A stretch of 64,000 nt of DNA from Actinomycetota bacterium (GCA_040880705.1 JBBDHU010000001.1:315573-379572), one strand, 5' to 3'; shown: positions 44,111 to 54,466, numbered from the stretch's first letter. Notes: a model not told the origin generated them from the sequence alone. A program made the numbers and translations.

Positions 44111-45361
44111 CTAGCGGCGCCGTGGCCGTCCGGTCGGACGGCGCCTCCCCTTCTTGCTCGAGAAGACGACCCGCGGGGGCTCGATCTTCATTCCGGCCTC
44201 GACGAACTCGGCCTGCAACTTTAGACGCTTCGCGATCCGGCTGACGTCGGCCCGCTGCATCGGAGTGACGAAGGTGATCCCCGTTCCGGCGCGTCCGGCG
44301 CGGGCTGTTCGCCCGACCCTGTGCACGTAGCCCTTCTCGTCCTCCGGGGGATCGAAGTTAACGACGTGGGTGATGTGCTCCAGGTCGAGCCCGCGGGCGG
44401 CTACGTCCGTGGCGACCAACACGTCGTTCTTGCCGGCCGCGAAACGCCCCAGTGCCCGCTCCCTCGACGGCTGCGTCATATCGCCGTGCAATTCCTGCGC
44501 GTGGAATCCCTCCCGCCTGAGCGTTCTCGCAAGCTTGTCGGCTCCGCGTTTGGTGCGAACGAAGATCAGGGTCAAGCCGCGATCGGCCGCCAGCTCTCTT
44601 ACAAGAGCTGAGACTTTTCCCTCCGGTTCGACCGCGACGAAACGGTGGGCGGCCTCGGGGACGAGTTGAGCCTCGTCCACCACCTCGTGGCGGATGGGAT
44701 CCCTCGTGTAACGCGAAGCCAGCCTGCCGACCTCGCCGCTAAGCGTGGCGGAGAAGAGCATGGTCTGGCGATCGGACCCTAGAAAGGACAGGATCATGCT
44801 CACGTCGGGCAGGAACCCCATGTCGAGCATCCGGTCCGCCTCGTCGAGAACGCAGATGCGAACCGCGTGCAGCTTCAGGAGCTTTCTCCTGACCAGGTCG
44901 AGGAGTCTGCCGGGGGTGGCGATCACGATGTCCGCGCGTCTCGCTCGCTTTCCCTGGTCGGTCAGGCCGACACCGCCGTAGACGGCGGAGACCGAAAGGT
45001 GCTTCACGTCGGCGATCGCTCGGAAGTCCTCCGCCACCTGGCTCGCGAGTTCCCTGGTCGGGACGAGGATGAGTGCGGCCGGCGGGCCCTGGTCGTGAGC
45101 GATTCGCTCGACGATGGGGACGGCGAAAGCCAGGGTCTTTCCCGAACCCGTCCGCGATCGTGCCAGGACGTCGCGTCCGGCGATCGCGTCCTTGAGGACC
45201 AGCGACTGGATGGCGAAGGTGCCGTTGATGTTGCTGAGCGCCAGAGCCTCGACCACCTCGCCGGAGACGCCGAACTCGGCAAACCCCTGCGGCGTGGCCG
45301 GGACCTCCACGGGGGTCTCGACCACGGCTTCGACTTTTTCCTGCCCGGGCTCGGTACTCAT
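44111..45361 (-). CDS. DEAD-box ATP-dependent RNA helicase
   Basis: Q-motif, TGSGKT, PTRELA, DEAD, SAT, HRVGRTARAG motifs all present. Arg-rich C-tail. Confidence 0.85.
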   Translation of the reverse strand: MSTEPGQEKVEAVVETPVEVPATPQGFAEFGVSGEVVEALALSNINGTFAIQSLVLKDAIAGRDVLARSRTGSGKTLAFAVPIVERIAHDQGPPAALILVPTRELASQVAEDFRAIADVKHLSVSAVYGGVGLTDQGKRARRADIVIATPGRLLDLVRRKLLKLHAVRICVLDEADRMLDMGFLPDVSMILSFLGSDRQTMLFSATLSGEVGRLASRYTRDPIRHEVVDEAQLVPEAAHRFVAVEPEGKVSALVRELAADRGLTLIFVRTKRGADKLARTLRREGFHAQELHGDMTQPSRERALGRFAAGKNDVLVATDVAARGLDLEHITHVVNFDPPEDEKGYVHRVGRTARAGRAGTGITFVTPMQRADVSRIAKRLKLQAEFVEAGMKIEPPRVVFSSKKGRRRPTGRPRRR

Positions 45362-45429
45362 GCCCCCGAGGCTACCGCCCCTGCCATGCCACCGGTCGCC
45401 AAAAAAGGGATCATGGTCTCTAGCGCCAG

Positions 45430-47121
45430 ATGGGGGACCCAGGCTCGACCCACGCTGCAGGGACCAGGGCTGAGGACACTTCGGTCCTGCTTAGACGCGA
45501 CGCCATCCTCGACGCCGTCGGGTTTGCAGCCGAGCGTTTCCTGAGAAGCGAGTCCTGGGAAGACACGATCGACGAGGTCCTGGAACGCCTTGGGGAGGCC
45601 ACCGACTCCAGCCGGGTTTACGTCTTCCGGAACCGCCTGGGTGGAGACGGGGAGCTCGTCTCGGACCAGATATACGAATGGTGCGCTCCCGGGGTATCCC
45701 CGGGCATAACGTTGGATTGGAATCACAACTGGCCGTACCTGCCCGACTATGCGCACCATGTCGAAGCGCTCTCAACCGGCGAGACGCTCGTCTTCCGGCT
45801 GAGTGATGCACCCCCCATCGATCGCCAGGATCTGGTGGACGAATCGACGCTCTCCACCGCCTGCGCGCCGATCTTCACGGTTGATGAATGGTGGGGTTAC
45901 CTCGGCTTCGACGATTGCGTCGTCGAACGCGAATGGGCGAAGTCGGAGCTGGATGCCTTGCGCGCGGCGACGGCGACGCTCGGTGCGGCCATCGAACGCG
46001 AGCGCGCCGACAGGGAACGGCAGGAGGCGGAAGAGAGGTACAGGGCGATCGTGGAGCAGATGCCGGCCGTCAGCTACATCGAGGAGGTCGAGGACCCAGC
46101 CGACTTCCCTTACCCGACGGTTTTCATCAGCCCTCAGATCGAGGAGCTCATCGGATATTCACCCGAAGAGCTGATGGCGGATCCGGGGATCTGGGAGCGG
46201 ATCGTGGTCCCCGAGGATCGCGACATCCTCGTCACGTCCGACATGGAGGCGACGAGAGCCAACAAGCGCTACGAGTCCGAGTACAGGTTGATTTCGAGGG
46301 ACGGCCGGACCGTCTGGGTGCATGACGAAGCGGTTGTCCTCAGCGCTCGGCCGCACGGCCACCAGATCTGGCACGGGGTCATGTACGACATCACTGCCTT
46401 GCGGGAAGCGCTTGAATCAGAACAGGAGGTCGCGCGGCGTCTGCGCGTGCTCGACGAGATGAAGGATACGTTCCTGAACGCGGTCTCTCACGACCTTCGC
46501 ACACCCGTCTCGGCGATCCTCGGGCTGTCCCTCACGCTTCAGCGCGGGGAGGGGCTCAAAGAGGAGGAGAAGAGCGAGTTCGCCTCGCGGATCGCCACGA
46601 ATGCGCTGAAGCTGCAGAGGCTTGTCGACGATCTTCTGAACCTGGACCGGCTGACGAGGGGAGTTATTGAACTCGACCGGGAAAAGACCGAGCTATCAAC
46701 CTTGGTGGGGCGGGTTCTGGAGGAAACGGATCTTGCCTCGAAACGTCCCGTTGAATACGAGGCCGAGCCGACCTACGCGGATGTGGATCCCGCGAAGGTC
46801 GAACGGATAGTCGAGAACCTCGTGCTCAATGCTCTGCGTCACACGCCCGACGGGACACGGATCCACATCTCCGTGCGTCCGGGCGAGTCGGGGGCCCTGA
46901 TCAAAATCGAGGACGAGGGGCCCGGGGTCTCCCCCGATCTCAGGGAGGAGATCTTCGAGCCGTTCAGACAGACCGGGCAGAGCGCGTCCCCCGGGGCCGG
47001 GATCGGGCTTTCGCTGGTCGCCAGGTTTGCCGAGCTTCACGGCGGAAAGGCCTGGGTAGAGGAGCGCGAGGGCGGCGGTGCCTCGTTCCGTGTGTTCCTG
47101 CCGATCAAGAAGCCGGCGTAG
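45430..47121 (+). CDS. Cytoplasmic sensor histidine kinase (GAF-like + PAS + HisKA + HATPase_c), orphan
   Basis: H-box VSHDLRTPVSA. C-terminal GAGIGLSLVARFAELHGGKAWVEEREGGGASFRVFLP is near-identical to the C-terminus of the 11294..12538 kinase. No TM segments. No response regulator nearby. Confidence 0.75.
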   Translation: MGDPGSTHAAGTRAEDTSVLLRRDAILDAVGFAAERFLRSESWEDTIDEVLERLGEATDSSRVYVFRNRLGGDGELVSDQIYEWCAPGVSPGITLDWNHNWPYLPDYAHHVEALSTGETLVFRLSDAPPIDRQDLVDESTLSTACAPIFTVDEWWGYLGFDDCVVEREWAKSELDALRAATATLGAAIERERADRERQEAEERYRAIVEQMPAVSYIEEVEDPADFPYPTVFISPQIEELIGYSPEELMADPGIWERIVVPEDRDILVTSDMEATRANKRYESEYRLISRDGRTVWVHDEAVVLSARPHGHQIWHGVMYDITALREALESEQEVARRLRVLDEMKDTFLNAVSHDLRTPVSAILGLSLTLQRGEGLKEEEKSEFASRIATNALKLQRLVDDLLNLDRLTRGVIELDREKTELSTLVGRVLEETDLASKRPVEYEAEPTYADVDPAKVERIVENLVLNALRHTPDGTRIHISVRPGESGALIKIEDEGPGVSPDLREEIFEPFRQTGQSASPGAGIGLSLVARFAELHGGKAWVEEREGGGASFRVFLPIKKPA

Positions 47122-47189
47122 ATCTCCCGAAGAGCTTGCATCGCCCTTCTTCCCTCGCTAGCTTGGCCTAGCTCCCCTCCACTATTCCC

Positions 47190-47615
47190 ATGAACCCAAC
47201 CACTCATTTGCGTGCGTGCATGCGTGCCGTTCTGGCCGCCTTCCTCGTGCTGGCCGTGCTCGCCGGAACCTTCGGCGGAGTGACTCCGGCGTCTGCATCC
47301 TCGGCGTCGAAGATGCTTCATCTGACCAACGGCGCGCGAAAAGACCGAGGGTTAAAGCCGCTCAACAGGAGCCGGAAGCTCTCCCGCCTGGCGCGGGAGA
47401 ACGCGCGGAGCAACTCGGAGAGTGAGACGCTCGTCCACAGCGGTTCGGGAAAAGCTGAGAACGCGGGGTACGGCCCGTCGGTACGCGCGGTGTACAAGGC
47501 GTTCATGAACAGCGGTGTTCACAGAAAGAACATCCTCAACGGCTCGTTCCGTCGCGCGGGGGTCGGCGTGATCTCAGAGGACGGTTACAAGTGGGTGACT
47601 CTGATCTTCGCCTGA
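47190..47615 (+). CDS. Secreted CAP/SCP/PR1-like domain protein
   Basis: Signal peptide. HLTNGARKDRGLKPL...HSGSG...NILNGSFRRAGVGV resembles PF00188. Confidence 0.65.
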   Translation: MNPTTHLRACMRAVLAAFLVLAVLAGTFGGVTPASASSASKMLHLTNGARKDRGLKPLNRSRKLSRLARENARSNSESETLVHSGSGKAENAGYGPSVRAVYKAFMNSGVHRKNILNGSFRRAGVGVISEDGYKWVTLIFA

Positions 47616-47655
47616 TTCGGTGTGATAGTTTTCCTCGTCCGGAACACCGGAAGCC

Positions 47656-49989
47656 ATGCCAGAGTTCACCGACGAGTTCACAGCTGCCGCTCCGAACCTT
47701 TCGCCGGACGAGGCTCGAGAGGTCGCCGAGCGTTACTTCGGCGTTAGCGGGCCGGCCCAAGCGCTCGACAGCGAACGCGATCAGAACTTCCGCATAACGA
47801 ACGAAAACGGCGAGTCGTTCGTCCTGAAGATTGCCAATCCGGCTGAGGACCCGGCGGTGGCCGAGATGCAGGTCGATGCCCTCCGGCATGTCGAGGGAAC
47901 CGATCCCGGTCTTCCGGTTCCGCGTGTGGTACCAACGACAGAGGGTGTGCCGATAGCCGTCGTGGAAACTCCTACGGGAGAGAAGTGCACGGCGCGAATG
48001 GTGACCTTCCTCGAAGGAGTCAACAATGACGAACCCGCCCTCGACCTTGCCGCCATCCGGGATATCGGAGTCCTCGGTGCGCGGCTGTCGCGTGCCCTGC
48101 GCGGGTTCTTTCATCCCGCGGCCGGCCGGCCCCTGGTGTGGGACATTCGCCGCGCCGGAGAGCTGGCGCCGAAGCTCGAAGAGATCGCGGATTCGAGGTG
48201 GCGGGAGCTCGTCGCCGGCGAATTGGATCGATTCGAGGAGGTCCGCCCTTCGATAGGTGGGTTGCGCGCGCAAGTAGTTCACAACGATCTTTACGCCGAC
48301 AACGTGCTGGTCGATGCCGACGACGAGCGCCGGGTCACCGGGATCATCGACTTCGGGGATCTGCTGCACGCGCCTCTCGTGTGCGATCTGGCCGTAACCG
48401 TGTCGGCCATGATGTGGGCCCGGCCCGATCCGTTCGCCGCTGCCGAAGCTGCGATCGGCGGCTTTGTCTCGCTCACTCCCTTGGAGCCCGACGAGGTCGA
48501 GCTGCTGCCCGACCTCATGGCGGCCAGGCTGGCCGCAACCGTGCTGATCGGTGCGTGGAGATCAAAGCTGCATCCCGAGAACGTCGACTACATCTCGGTC
48601 GGGGACGCGCGTGCCGCCGATCTCCTCACGCTGTTCGAGGAGATCGGCAGGCCCGAGCTTCGTCGGCGGATCGCGGAGATGGCCACGCGCCCCCCCGCGA
48701 AGCCTGCCGTCGTGCCCGACGAGGAACTGATCGAGCGCCGCAGGCGAGTACTCGGCCCGATGCTTCCGCTCTCGTACGACGAGCCGGTCCATCCGGTACG
48801 CGGCGAGGGGGTTTGGATCTACGACGCCTCGGGCCGTGCTTTCCTCGACGCGTACAACAACGTGCCGCAGGTCGGGCACGCGCATCCGCGCGTAGTCGAG
48901 GCTCTGACGAATCAGGCCCGCCTTATCAACACGAACACCCGTTATCTGCACGAGTCGATCGTCGAGCTGTCGGAGCGGCTCATAGCCACGATGCCCGAAG
49001 GGCTGGACACCTGCCTTTATTTGAATTCGGGAAGTGAGGCGAACGACATCGCGTGGCGGATGTCGGTGGACTTCACAGGAAACGAGGGTGCGATCGTGAC
49101 GGAGTTCGCGTATCACGGCGTGACGGTCGCCTCTGCGGGGCTTTCCCCGGAGGAGTGGCCTGAGGGAAAACCGGTGAACGTCTCAACGGTTCCTCCTCCG
49201 GACGGTTTCCGCGGAGAGCACAGATCGGGTGAATCCGGCTGGGCCGGGCGGTTCGCCGAGTATCTCGACGATGCGGTCGCGTCGTTGCACTCGGCACGAA
49301 TCGAGCCGGCCATGTGCCTGATGGACTCGTCGTTCGCGAGCGACGGGATCTTCTTCCCGCCCGGCGAATATCTCCAAGGCGTCGTTCAAAAGACCCACGA
49401 GGCGGGGGGGCTGTTCGTTGCGGACGAGGTGCAGGCGGGCTTCGGACGCACCGGCGAGATGTGGAGCTTCGCCGCATCGGGAATTTCGCCCGATTTCGTT
49501 GCGCTGGGCAAGCCCATGGGCGACGGTCATCCCGTCGCCGCTATCGTGACGCGGCGACAGATCGCGGAACGCTTCTCAGAGTCCTATCCGGAGTTCTTCA
49601 GCACCTTCGGCGGGAACACCGTTTCCTGCGCCGTCGCCCTGGCCGTCCTGGACGTACTGGAAGAAGAAGGCCTCATGGCGAACGCCGCAGAGGTCGGGTC
49701 CTATCTGATGGACGGACTCGAGGGCCTCAGTCACGGGCTGATCGGAGACATCCGGGGTTCGGGACTGATGATCGGGGTAGAACTCGTGCGAGATGCGGAC
49801 ACGCGTGAAGCGGCAACCGAGGAGACCGATGCCGTCGTGAACGCGATGCGAGCGAGGGGTGTCCTCATCGGAAGCACCGGCCCGGCGGGCAATGTACTCA
49901 AGATCCGTCCGCCGCTCCCGTTCTCACGCGCGAACTCCGACCAGCTGCTCGAGACTCTCGATTCGGTTCTCCAGACGGCCGCCGGCTGA
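47656..49989 (+). CDS. Fusion protein: N-terminal APH/hydroxylysine-kinase-like phosphotransferase domain plus C-terminal class-III aminotransferase-fold (phospho-lyase-like) domain
   Basis: N-half has the kinase catalytic motif VVHNDLYADNVLVD and IIDFGD. C-half has class-III aminotransferase signatures (GRAFLDAYNNVPQVGHAHP, ADEVQAGFGRTGEMW, LGKPMGDGHPVAA). 777 aa, single uninterrupted frame. Confidence 0.8.
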   Translation: MPEFTDEFTAAAPNLSPDEAREVAERYFGVSGPAQALDSERDQNFRITNENGESFVLKIANPAEDPAVAEMQVDALRHVEGTDPGLPVPRVVPTTEGVPIAVVETPTGEKCTARMVTFLEGVNNDEPALDLAAIRDIGVLGARLSRALRGFFHPAAGRPLVWDIRRAGELAPKLEEIADSRWRELVAGELDRFEEVRPSIGGLRAQVVHNDLYADNVLVDADDERRVTGIIDFGDLLHAPLVCDLAVTVSAMMWARPDPFAAAEAAIGGFVSLTPLEPDEVELLPDLMAARLAATVLIGAWRSKLHPENVDYISVGDARAADLLTLFEEIGRPELRRRIAEMATRPPAKPAVVPDEELIERRRRVLGPMLPLSYDEPVHPVRGEGVWIYDASGRAFLDAYNNVPQVGHAHPRVVEALTNQARLINTNTRYLHESIVELSERLIATMPEGLDTCLYLNSGSEANDIAWRMSVDFTGNEGAIVTEFAYHGVTVASAGLSPEEWPEGKPVNVSTVPPPDGFRGEHRSGESGWAGRFAEYLDDAVASLHSARIEPAMCLMDSSFASDGIFFPPGEYLQGVVQKTHEAGGLFVADEVQAGFGRTGEMWSFAASGISPDFVALGKPMGDGHPVAAIVTRRQIAERFSESYPEFFSTFGGNTVSCAVALAVLDVLEEEGLMANAAEVGSYLMDGLEGLSHGLIGDIRGSGLMIGVELVRDADTREAATEETDAVVNAMRARGVLIGSTGPAGNVLKIRPPLPFSRANSDQLLETLDSVLQTAAG

Positions 49990-49990
49990 G

Positions 49991-51181
49991 GTGAGGCGGT
50001 CCGCCGCCATTGCCGCGGCGCTGGTGATCCTCGCCCTTCAAGCATGCACCAGTGCTGTCGAGCCGTCCGGGACGGGTGAGCCGACGGTTCCCGTGGAACC
50101 GGAGCGAACCACGACTGAGGTCACAACGGGCCTGTCGCTCACGGAGATCACCGATCCTGCAGGCCCCTACAAGATCTTCGTATTGACTATGACTCCCTCA
50201 TCGGTGCTGACGCTCGACGTGGGGCTTCCCCGCAAGTCGCTCGGTGGACAAGGTCCGCTTACTCGGATCGCCGCCCGGCACGACGCGATCGCGGCGGTGA
50301 ACGGGGACTACGGGACGTCTTCCGGTCGCCCGCTTCATCTGTTCGCCATGGACGGCGAGCTGTACCAAACGACGCTGATCAACCGCTCCGGGAGGAACTT
50401 CGCCATGTCCTCGGACGAGCGCCGCGCGTATTTCGGCAAGCCCGATGCGTCGATCGTGATCGAACGCCCCTTGGCCGGGCGGACGATCGATGTTCAGCGC
50501 TGGAACGATGGGGCGCCCGCGCCGGCGCAGGTCGCCGGCTACACGGACCGGGCGGCGGGTCTCGAACACCCGCCGGAGAACGCATGCTCGGCGCGACTGA
50601 TGCCTGACGGTGGGCCGGACTGGGAATCCGGTGAACAAGGGGTGCGCCGTGCATTCACCGTGGTGAAGGTCCGCTGTGGGGAAGACCCGGTGGATGTTGA
50701 ACCCGACACGGTCGTTGTTTCGGCGTCGATCAATGGGAGGCGAGCCGCCGAGGTCGGGGATCTTCGGATGGGGGAGCGCGTCGTTTTGACCTGGTCGATC
50801 GGCTGGCCGGGGGTGCTCGATGCCATCGGCGGCAGCGCGCTGTTGATCGAGGACGGCGAGATCGTCGCCGAGAAATGCCACGGCCACTACGAGTGCTGGC
50901 GGCATCCCCGGACGGGGGTCGGTATCACCGCCGACGATCGGATCCTTTTGGTCGTGGTCGACGGCCGCCAGGAGGACTACTCGATCGGGATGCGGCGGGA
51001 GGAATTCGCCGAGCTTATGCAGGAACTGGGCGCGGTTGATGCGCTCGCTCTCGACGGCGGCGGATCGAGCACGATGGTTATCGAGGACGGGCTCGTGAAC
51101 CATCCCCCGGATGGAGAGGAACGCCCGATCATGTCCGCACTGATGATCCTGGCCGGCCCCGATCCGGACGAGAAGCTCTAG
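49991..51181 (+). CDS. Phosphodiester glycosidase-family (NAGPA/DUF2233) lipoprotein
   Basis: GTG start right after the previous stop. Lipobox LALQAC. AAVNGDY and ALDGGGSSTM motifs. Confidence 0.6.
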   Translation: MRRSAAIAAALVILALQACTSAVEPSGTGEPTVPVEPERTTTEVTTGLSLTEITDPAGPYKIFVLTMTPSSVLTLDVGLPRKSLGGQGPLTRIAARHDAIAAVNGDYGTSSGRPLHLFAMDGELYQTTLINRSGRNFAMSSDERRAYFGKPDASIVIERPLAGRTIDVQRWNDGAPAPAQVAGYTDRAAGLEHPPENACSARLMPDGGPDWESGEQGVRRAFTVVKVRCGEDPVDVEPDTVVVSASINGRRAAEVGDLRMGERVVLTWSIGWPGVLDAIGGSALLIEDGEIVAEKCHGHYECWRHPRTGVGITADDRILLVVVDGRQEDYSIGMRREEFAELMQELGAVDALALDGGGSSTMVIEDGLVNHPPDGEERPIMSALMILAGPDPDEKL

Positions 51182-51675
51182 CTCCTTGCGTCCGTCGTCC
51201 GGCGACGCTCACTCGATCGCTGAGCGAGTGCCGCGTATCGCCAGGTGTCCTTTCGGATCTTGAGGACGGTCAGTGTCTCGACGCGGGCAATACCGGGCAC
51301 TCGGCGAATCTCGCGCAGAACCCTCAAAAGGTCGTCGTTGTCTCGGCAGATCAGCTCGCAGAGGATGTCGAAAACTCCGCTGCATTCCGCGGCGTACGGG
51401 ATCTCCGGGATGTCCGCGATCGCCTCGATCACGCGATCGAGCGCCGGTCCTTGTACTTGCAGGCCCAGGTAGACCTCGATCAACCCTAAGTTCGCGGCGT
51501 CAACGTCGATGACGAACTTCACGAGTCTGCCGCGCTCCATGCGGTTCACCCTGGCGCGGACCGTCGCGTCTGATACTCCTAGCTCCTCGGCGATCCTCGA
51601 AAACGGCATCCGCCCGTCGACCTGGAGCTGCTCGAGGATCCCGGTGTCCAGCTCGTCGAGGCGTGGATCGGCCAT
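51178..51675 (-). CDS. Lrp/AsnC-family transcriptional regulator
   Basis: LDELDTGILEQLQVDGRMPFSRIAEELGVSDATVRARVNRM HTH, followed by a RAM/ACT-like domain. Confidence 0.85.
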   Translation of the reverse strand: MADPRLDELDTGILEQLQVDGRMPFSRIAEELGVSDATVRARVNRMERGRLVKFVIDVDAANLGLIEVYLGLQVQGPALDRVIEAIADIPEIPYAAECSGVFDILCELICRDNDDLLRVLREIRRVPGIARVETLTVLKIRKDTWRYAALAQRSSERRRTTDARS

Positions 51676-51737
51676 GGCCTCGAATCTAGCAAAACTCCAG
51701 TCCGGTCACTGATGTTATTCGAGGTATCAGCCCGGAT

Positions 51738-52835
51738 TTGCCTCTGGAAAGGCCGCTATCATTGGCGATGATGGATCGAAAGGCCTTGCGATTCGGCATT
51801 TTGTTCGGCTCGCTCTTCGTCGCGATCACTCTGACCTCAACTCTGTTTCCCCAGGCGGGCGCGCAGGAGGGCGAAGGCACGCGGATCGCGGCCGTGGGGG
51901 ACCTCGTCTGCGCCTTCGGTGCCCGCACGGAACGCCACGTCGCGGGCGCGGCGAAGGTCCACGGCAAGTGCGAACCCGGGAGGGTCGCGCGTTTGGTGAC
52001 GGAAGGTGGATACGACGCCTTCCTGCCGCTCGGCGACCTTCAGTACTCGTACGGCGGCTACTGGCGTTATGTCACTTACTGGGACAAGTTCTACGGTTCG
52101 GTGAAGGACATCACCCGGCCGGCGGCCGGAAACCACGAGGCCTACAACGATTTCTCCGGCTACGTCCGCTACTTAGGTTCGAAGCGAACGCACTTCCCCG
52201 ACAACTACGAGACATACCGGCCGGGCGACGAGCCCAGGCGCGTCACCGGCTACTACTCCTACAACATGGGAGGGTGGCACCTCATCTCGATCAACTCCCA
52301 GCTTTGCATCAACAAGATGTGGAATCTCAAGACCCGCTGGACGACGCCGATCCCCGGCGGCGGATGCGAGCCGGGTGACCCTCAATACGAGTGGCTGAAG
52401 CGCGACCTATCGCGGCATTCGAACGACGAATATCCGTGCACGATCGCGTACTTCCATCACCCGATGTTCAAGGTGACTAAGTACAAGCTCCCCGGGAACA
52501 ACGTCCAAGGCCCGCTCTACGAGTTACTTCACGGGGCGAATGCCGACGTCTTGCTCACCGGCCACCAGCACAACTACCAGCGTTGGGGCCCGATCGATCC
52601 CGAGGGGAATGCCGATCCGAACGGCATGATGCAGTTCATCGTGGGAACGGGCGGCGACTCGTACCAGCCCCTGCCGGACGAGAGCGAGTGGCCCGAGGAA
52701 GTGGCCACAGCCAACACGCAGACCTACGGCATCCTCGAGATGACTCTTCGTGAAGGGGCCTACGACTTCGAGTTCATCGCGGCCCCCGGCCAGCCGGTCG
52801 ACTTCGAGGACTCTGGCAGCGCGGACTGTCACTAG
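51738..52835 (+). CDS. Calcineurin-like metallophosphoesterase (purple-acid-phosphatase-like), secreted
   Basis: GDLQYSYGG, GNHE, FHHPMF, GHQHNYQRW metal-ligand motifs. The more likely start is the internal MMDRKAL about 30 nt downstream. Coordinates follow the ORF-track frame; my manual count disagreed by 1 nt. Confidence 0.7.
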   Translation: MPLERPLSLAMMDRKALRFGILFGSLFVAITLTSTLFPQAGAQEGEGTRIAAVGDLVCAFGARTERHVAGAAKVHGKCEPGRVARLVTEGGYDAFLPLGDLQYSYGGYWRYVTYWDKFYGSVKDITRPAAGNHEAYNDFSGYVRYLGSKRTHFPDNYETYRPGDEPRRVTGYYSYNMGGWHLISINSQLCINKMWNLKTRWTTPIPGGGCEPGDPQYEWLKRDLSRHSNDEYPCTIAYFHHPMFKVTKYKLPGNNVQGPLYELLHGANADVLLTGHQHNYQRWGPIDPEGNADPNGMMQFIVGTGGDSYQPLPDESEWPEEVATANTQTYGILEMTLREGAYDFEFIAAPGQPVDFEDSGSADCH

Positions 52836-52851
52836 GGTCGGAAGCGAACCA

Positions 52852-54456
52852 ATGGCGGCGAATCAATACGACGCGGTAGTCATCGGCGGAGGCCATAACG
52901 GCCTGGTTGCGGCCGCGTACCTCGCCAAGTTCGGCAAAAGGGTCGTCGTGCTGGAAGCCCGGCACAAGACAGGGGGCGCGACGGACACGTCGCAACCCTG
53001 GCCGGAGGCTCCGGAGTTCAAGGTGACGACCCTTTCGTACACGATCAGCCTTATGCCTCCCTACATCATCAACGACCTGAGGCTCCCCGAGTTCGGCTAC
53101 AAGGTGCTGCCGCTGTCGATGGGCTATCTCCCGCTTCCCGGCGGAGGTTCGATAAAGGAGGGTGGGGACGAGCGCCAAGTATGGGAGACCTACGCCAAGT
53201 TCTCGAAGGCGGACGCCGACAACCTCGGCCCGTATTTCGAGTGGATCGACCGAATCGGCAAGATGCTCAAGCCCCTCCTCGACCGGACGCCGCCCCATGT
53301 CGGTTCGAAACGCTTGAAGGACGTGCGCGATCAAGCGCAACTACTGTGGATGCTCCGAAAAGACGTCGACGAAAGCACCGCCGCCGACATCACGCGACTC
53401 TTCACGATGAGCGTGTCCGATCTCCTGGACCGCTGGTTCGAGAACGACACGATCAAGGGTTTCATGGCGGTGAACGGGATCATCGGAACTTGGGCCGGGC
53501 CGATGGAGCCGGGCACGGCGTATGTCCTGATGCACCATTCGATCGGCGAGGAAACCGAGGGGCAGGTGGCATCTTGGGGCCAGCCCGAGGGCGGAATGGG
53601 CGCGATTGCCGACGCCATGCGCCGTTCGGCGGAGGCGAGCGGGGCCGAGGTCCGCGTCAACTCGCCCGTCGAGAAGGTCTTGATTCAAAACGGGAGGGCG
53701 ACCGGCGTCGTGATCAAGGGGGGCGAGGAAGTGTCGGCGAAGGTTGTAATCACCGCCTGCCACCCGCAGATCACCTTCCTCGATCAGATCGATCGGGCCG
53801 ACCTGCCGGCGGAGTTCGTCAACGACATCGAGCACTGGCGGACCCGTTCGGGAACCGTGAAGATCAACCTGGCGCTCGCCGAGCTGCCCGAGTTCACGGC
53901 CGACCCGGGATTCGATCCGGACGTGCACGGATCGGCGATACAGATCCTCGACGACATGGAGTATCTCGAGCGCGCTTTCCAGGAGGCGCGAAGCGGCAAG
54001 GGAGCTGAGCTGCCGTTCTCGGACTGCGAGATCCCGTCGGTCTGGGACAAGACGCTCGCCCCCGAGGGCAAGCACGTCATGTCCTTGTTCTCCCAATGGG
54101 TTCCGAAGGAATGGGCCGACGAGGATCACACCGAGGATCTCGAGAGGTACGCGGACCGGCTGATCGACCGGTTCAACGCGGTCGCGCCCAACTTCAAGGG
54201 TTCGATCCTTCACCGGCAGATCATCGGTCCGAGGGAGATGCAGGAGGAATACAACCTGATCGGCGGCAACATCTTCCACGGTGAGCTGGCGGTCGATCAA
54301 CTGTTCCACATGCGCCCGGCGCCGAAATTCGGCGACTACCGAACGCCGATCAAGGGCCTGTATCAGGCATCGAGCGGAACGCACGCGGGGGGCGGCGTAA
54401 GCGGCCTGCCGGGGCACCACGCGGTGCGTGAGATTCGAAAAGACCGAGCACTCTAA
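52852..54456 (+). CDS. CrtI/COG1233-family FAD-dependent oxidoreductase, paralog 5
   Basis: MAANQYDAVVIGGGHNGLVAAAYLAKFGKRVVVLEARHKTGGATDT. TLSYTISLMPP, FSKAD. C-terminal LYQASSGTHAGGGV. Confidence 0.8.
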   Translation: MAANQYDAVVIGGGHNGLVAAAYLAKFGKRVVVLEARHKTGGATDTSQPWPEAPEFKVTTLSYTISLMPPYIINDLRLPEFGYKVLPLSMGYLPLPGGGSIKEGGDERQVWETYAKFSKADADNLGPYFEWIDRIGKMLKPLLDRTPPHVGSKRLKDVRDQAQLLWMLRKDVDESTAADITRLFTMSVSDLLDRWFENDTIKGFMAVNGIIGTWAGPMEPGTAYVLMHHSIGEETEGQVASWGQPEGGMGAIADAMRRSAEASGAEVRVNSPVEKVLIQNGRATGVVIKGGEEVSAKVVITACHPQITFLDQIDRADLPAEFVNDIEHWRTRSGTVKINLALAELPEFTADPGFDPDVHGSAIQILDDMEYLERAFQEARSGKGAELPFSDCEIPSVWDKTLAPEGKHVMSLFSQWVPKEWADEDHTEDLERYADRLIDRFNAVAPNFKGSILHRQIIGPREMQEEYNLIGGNIFHGELAVDQLFHMRPAPKFGDYRTPIKGLYQASSGTHAGGGVSGLPGHHAVREIRKDRAL

Positions 54457-54466
54457 GGAGGACGAA

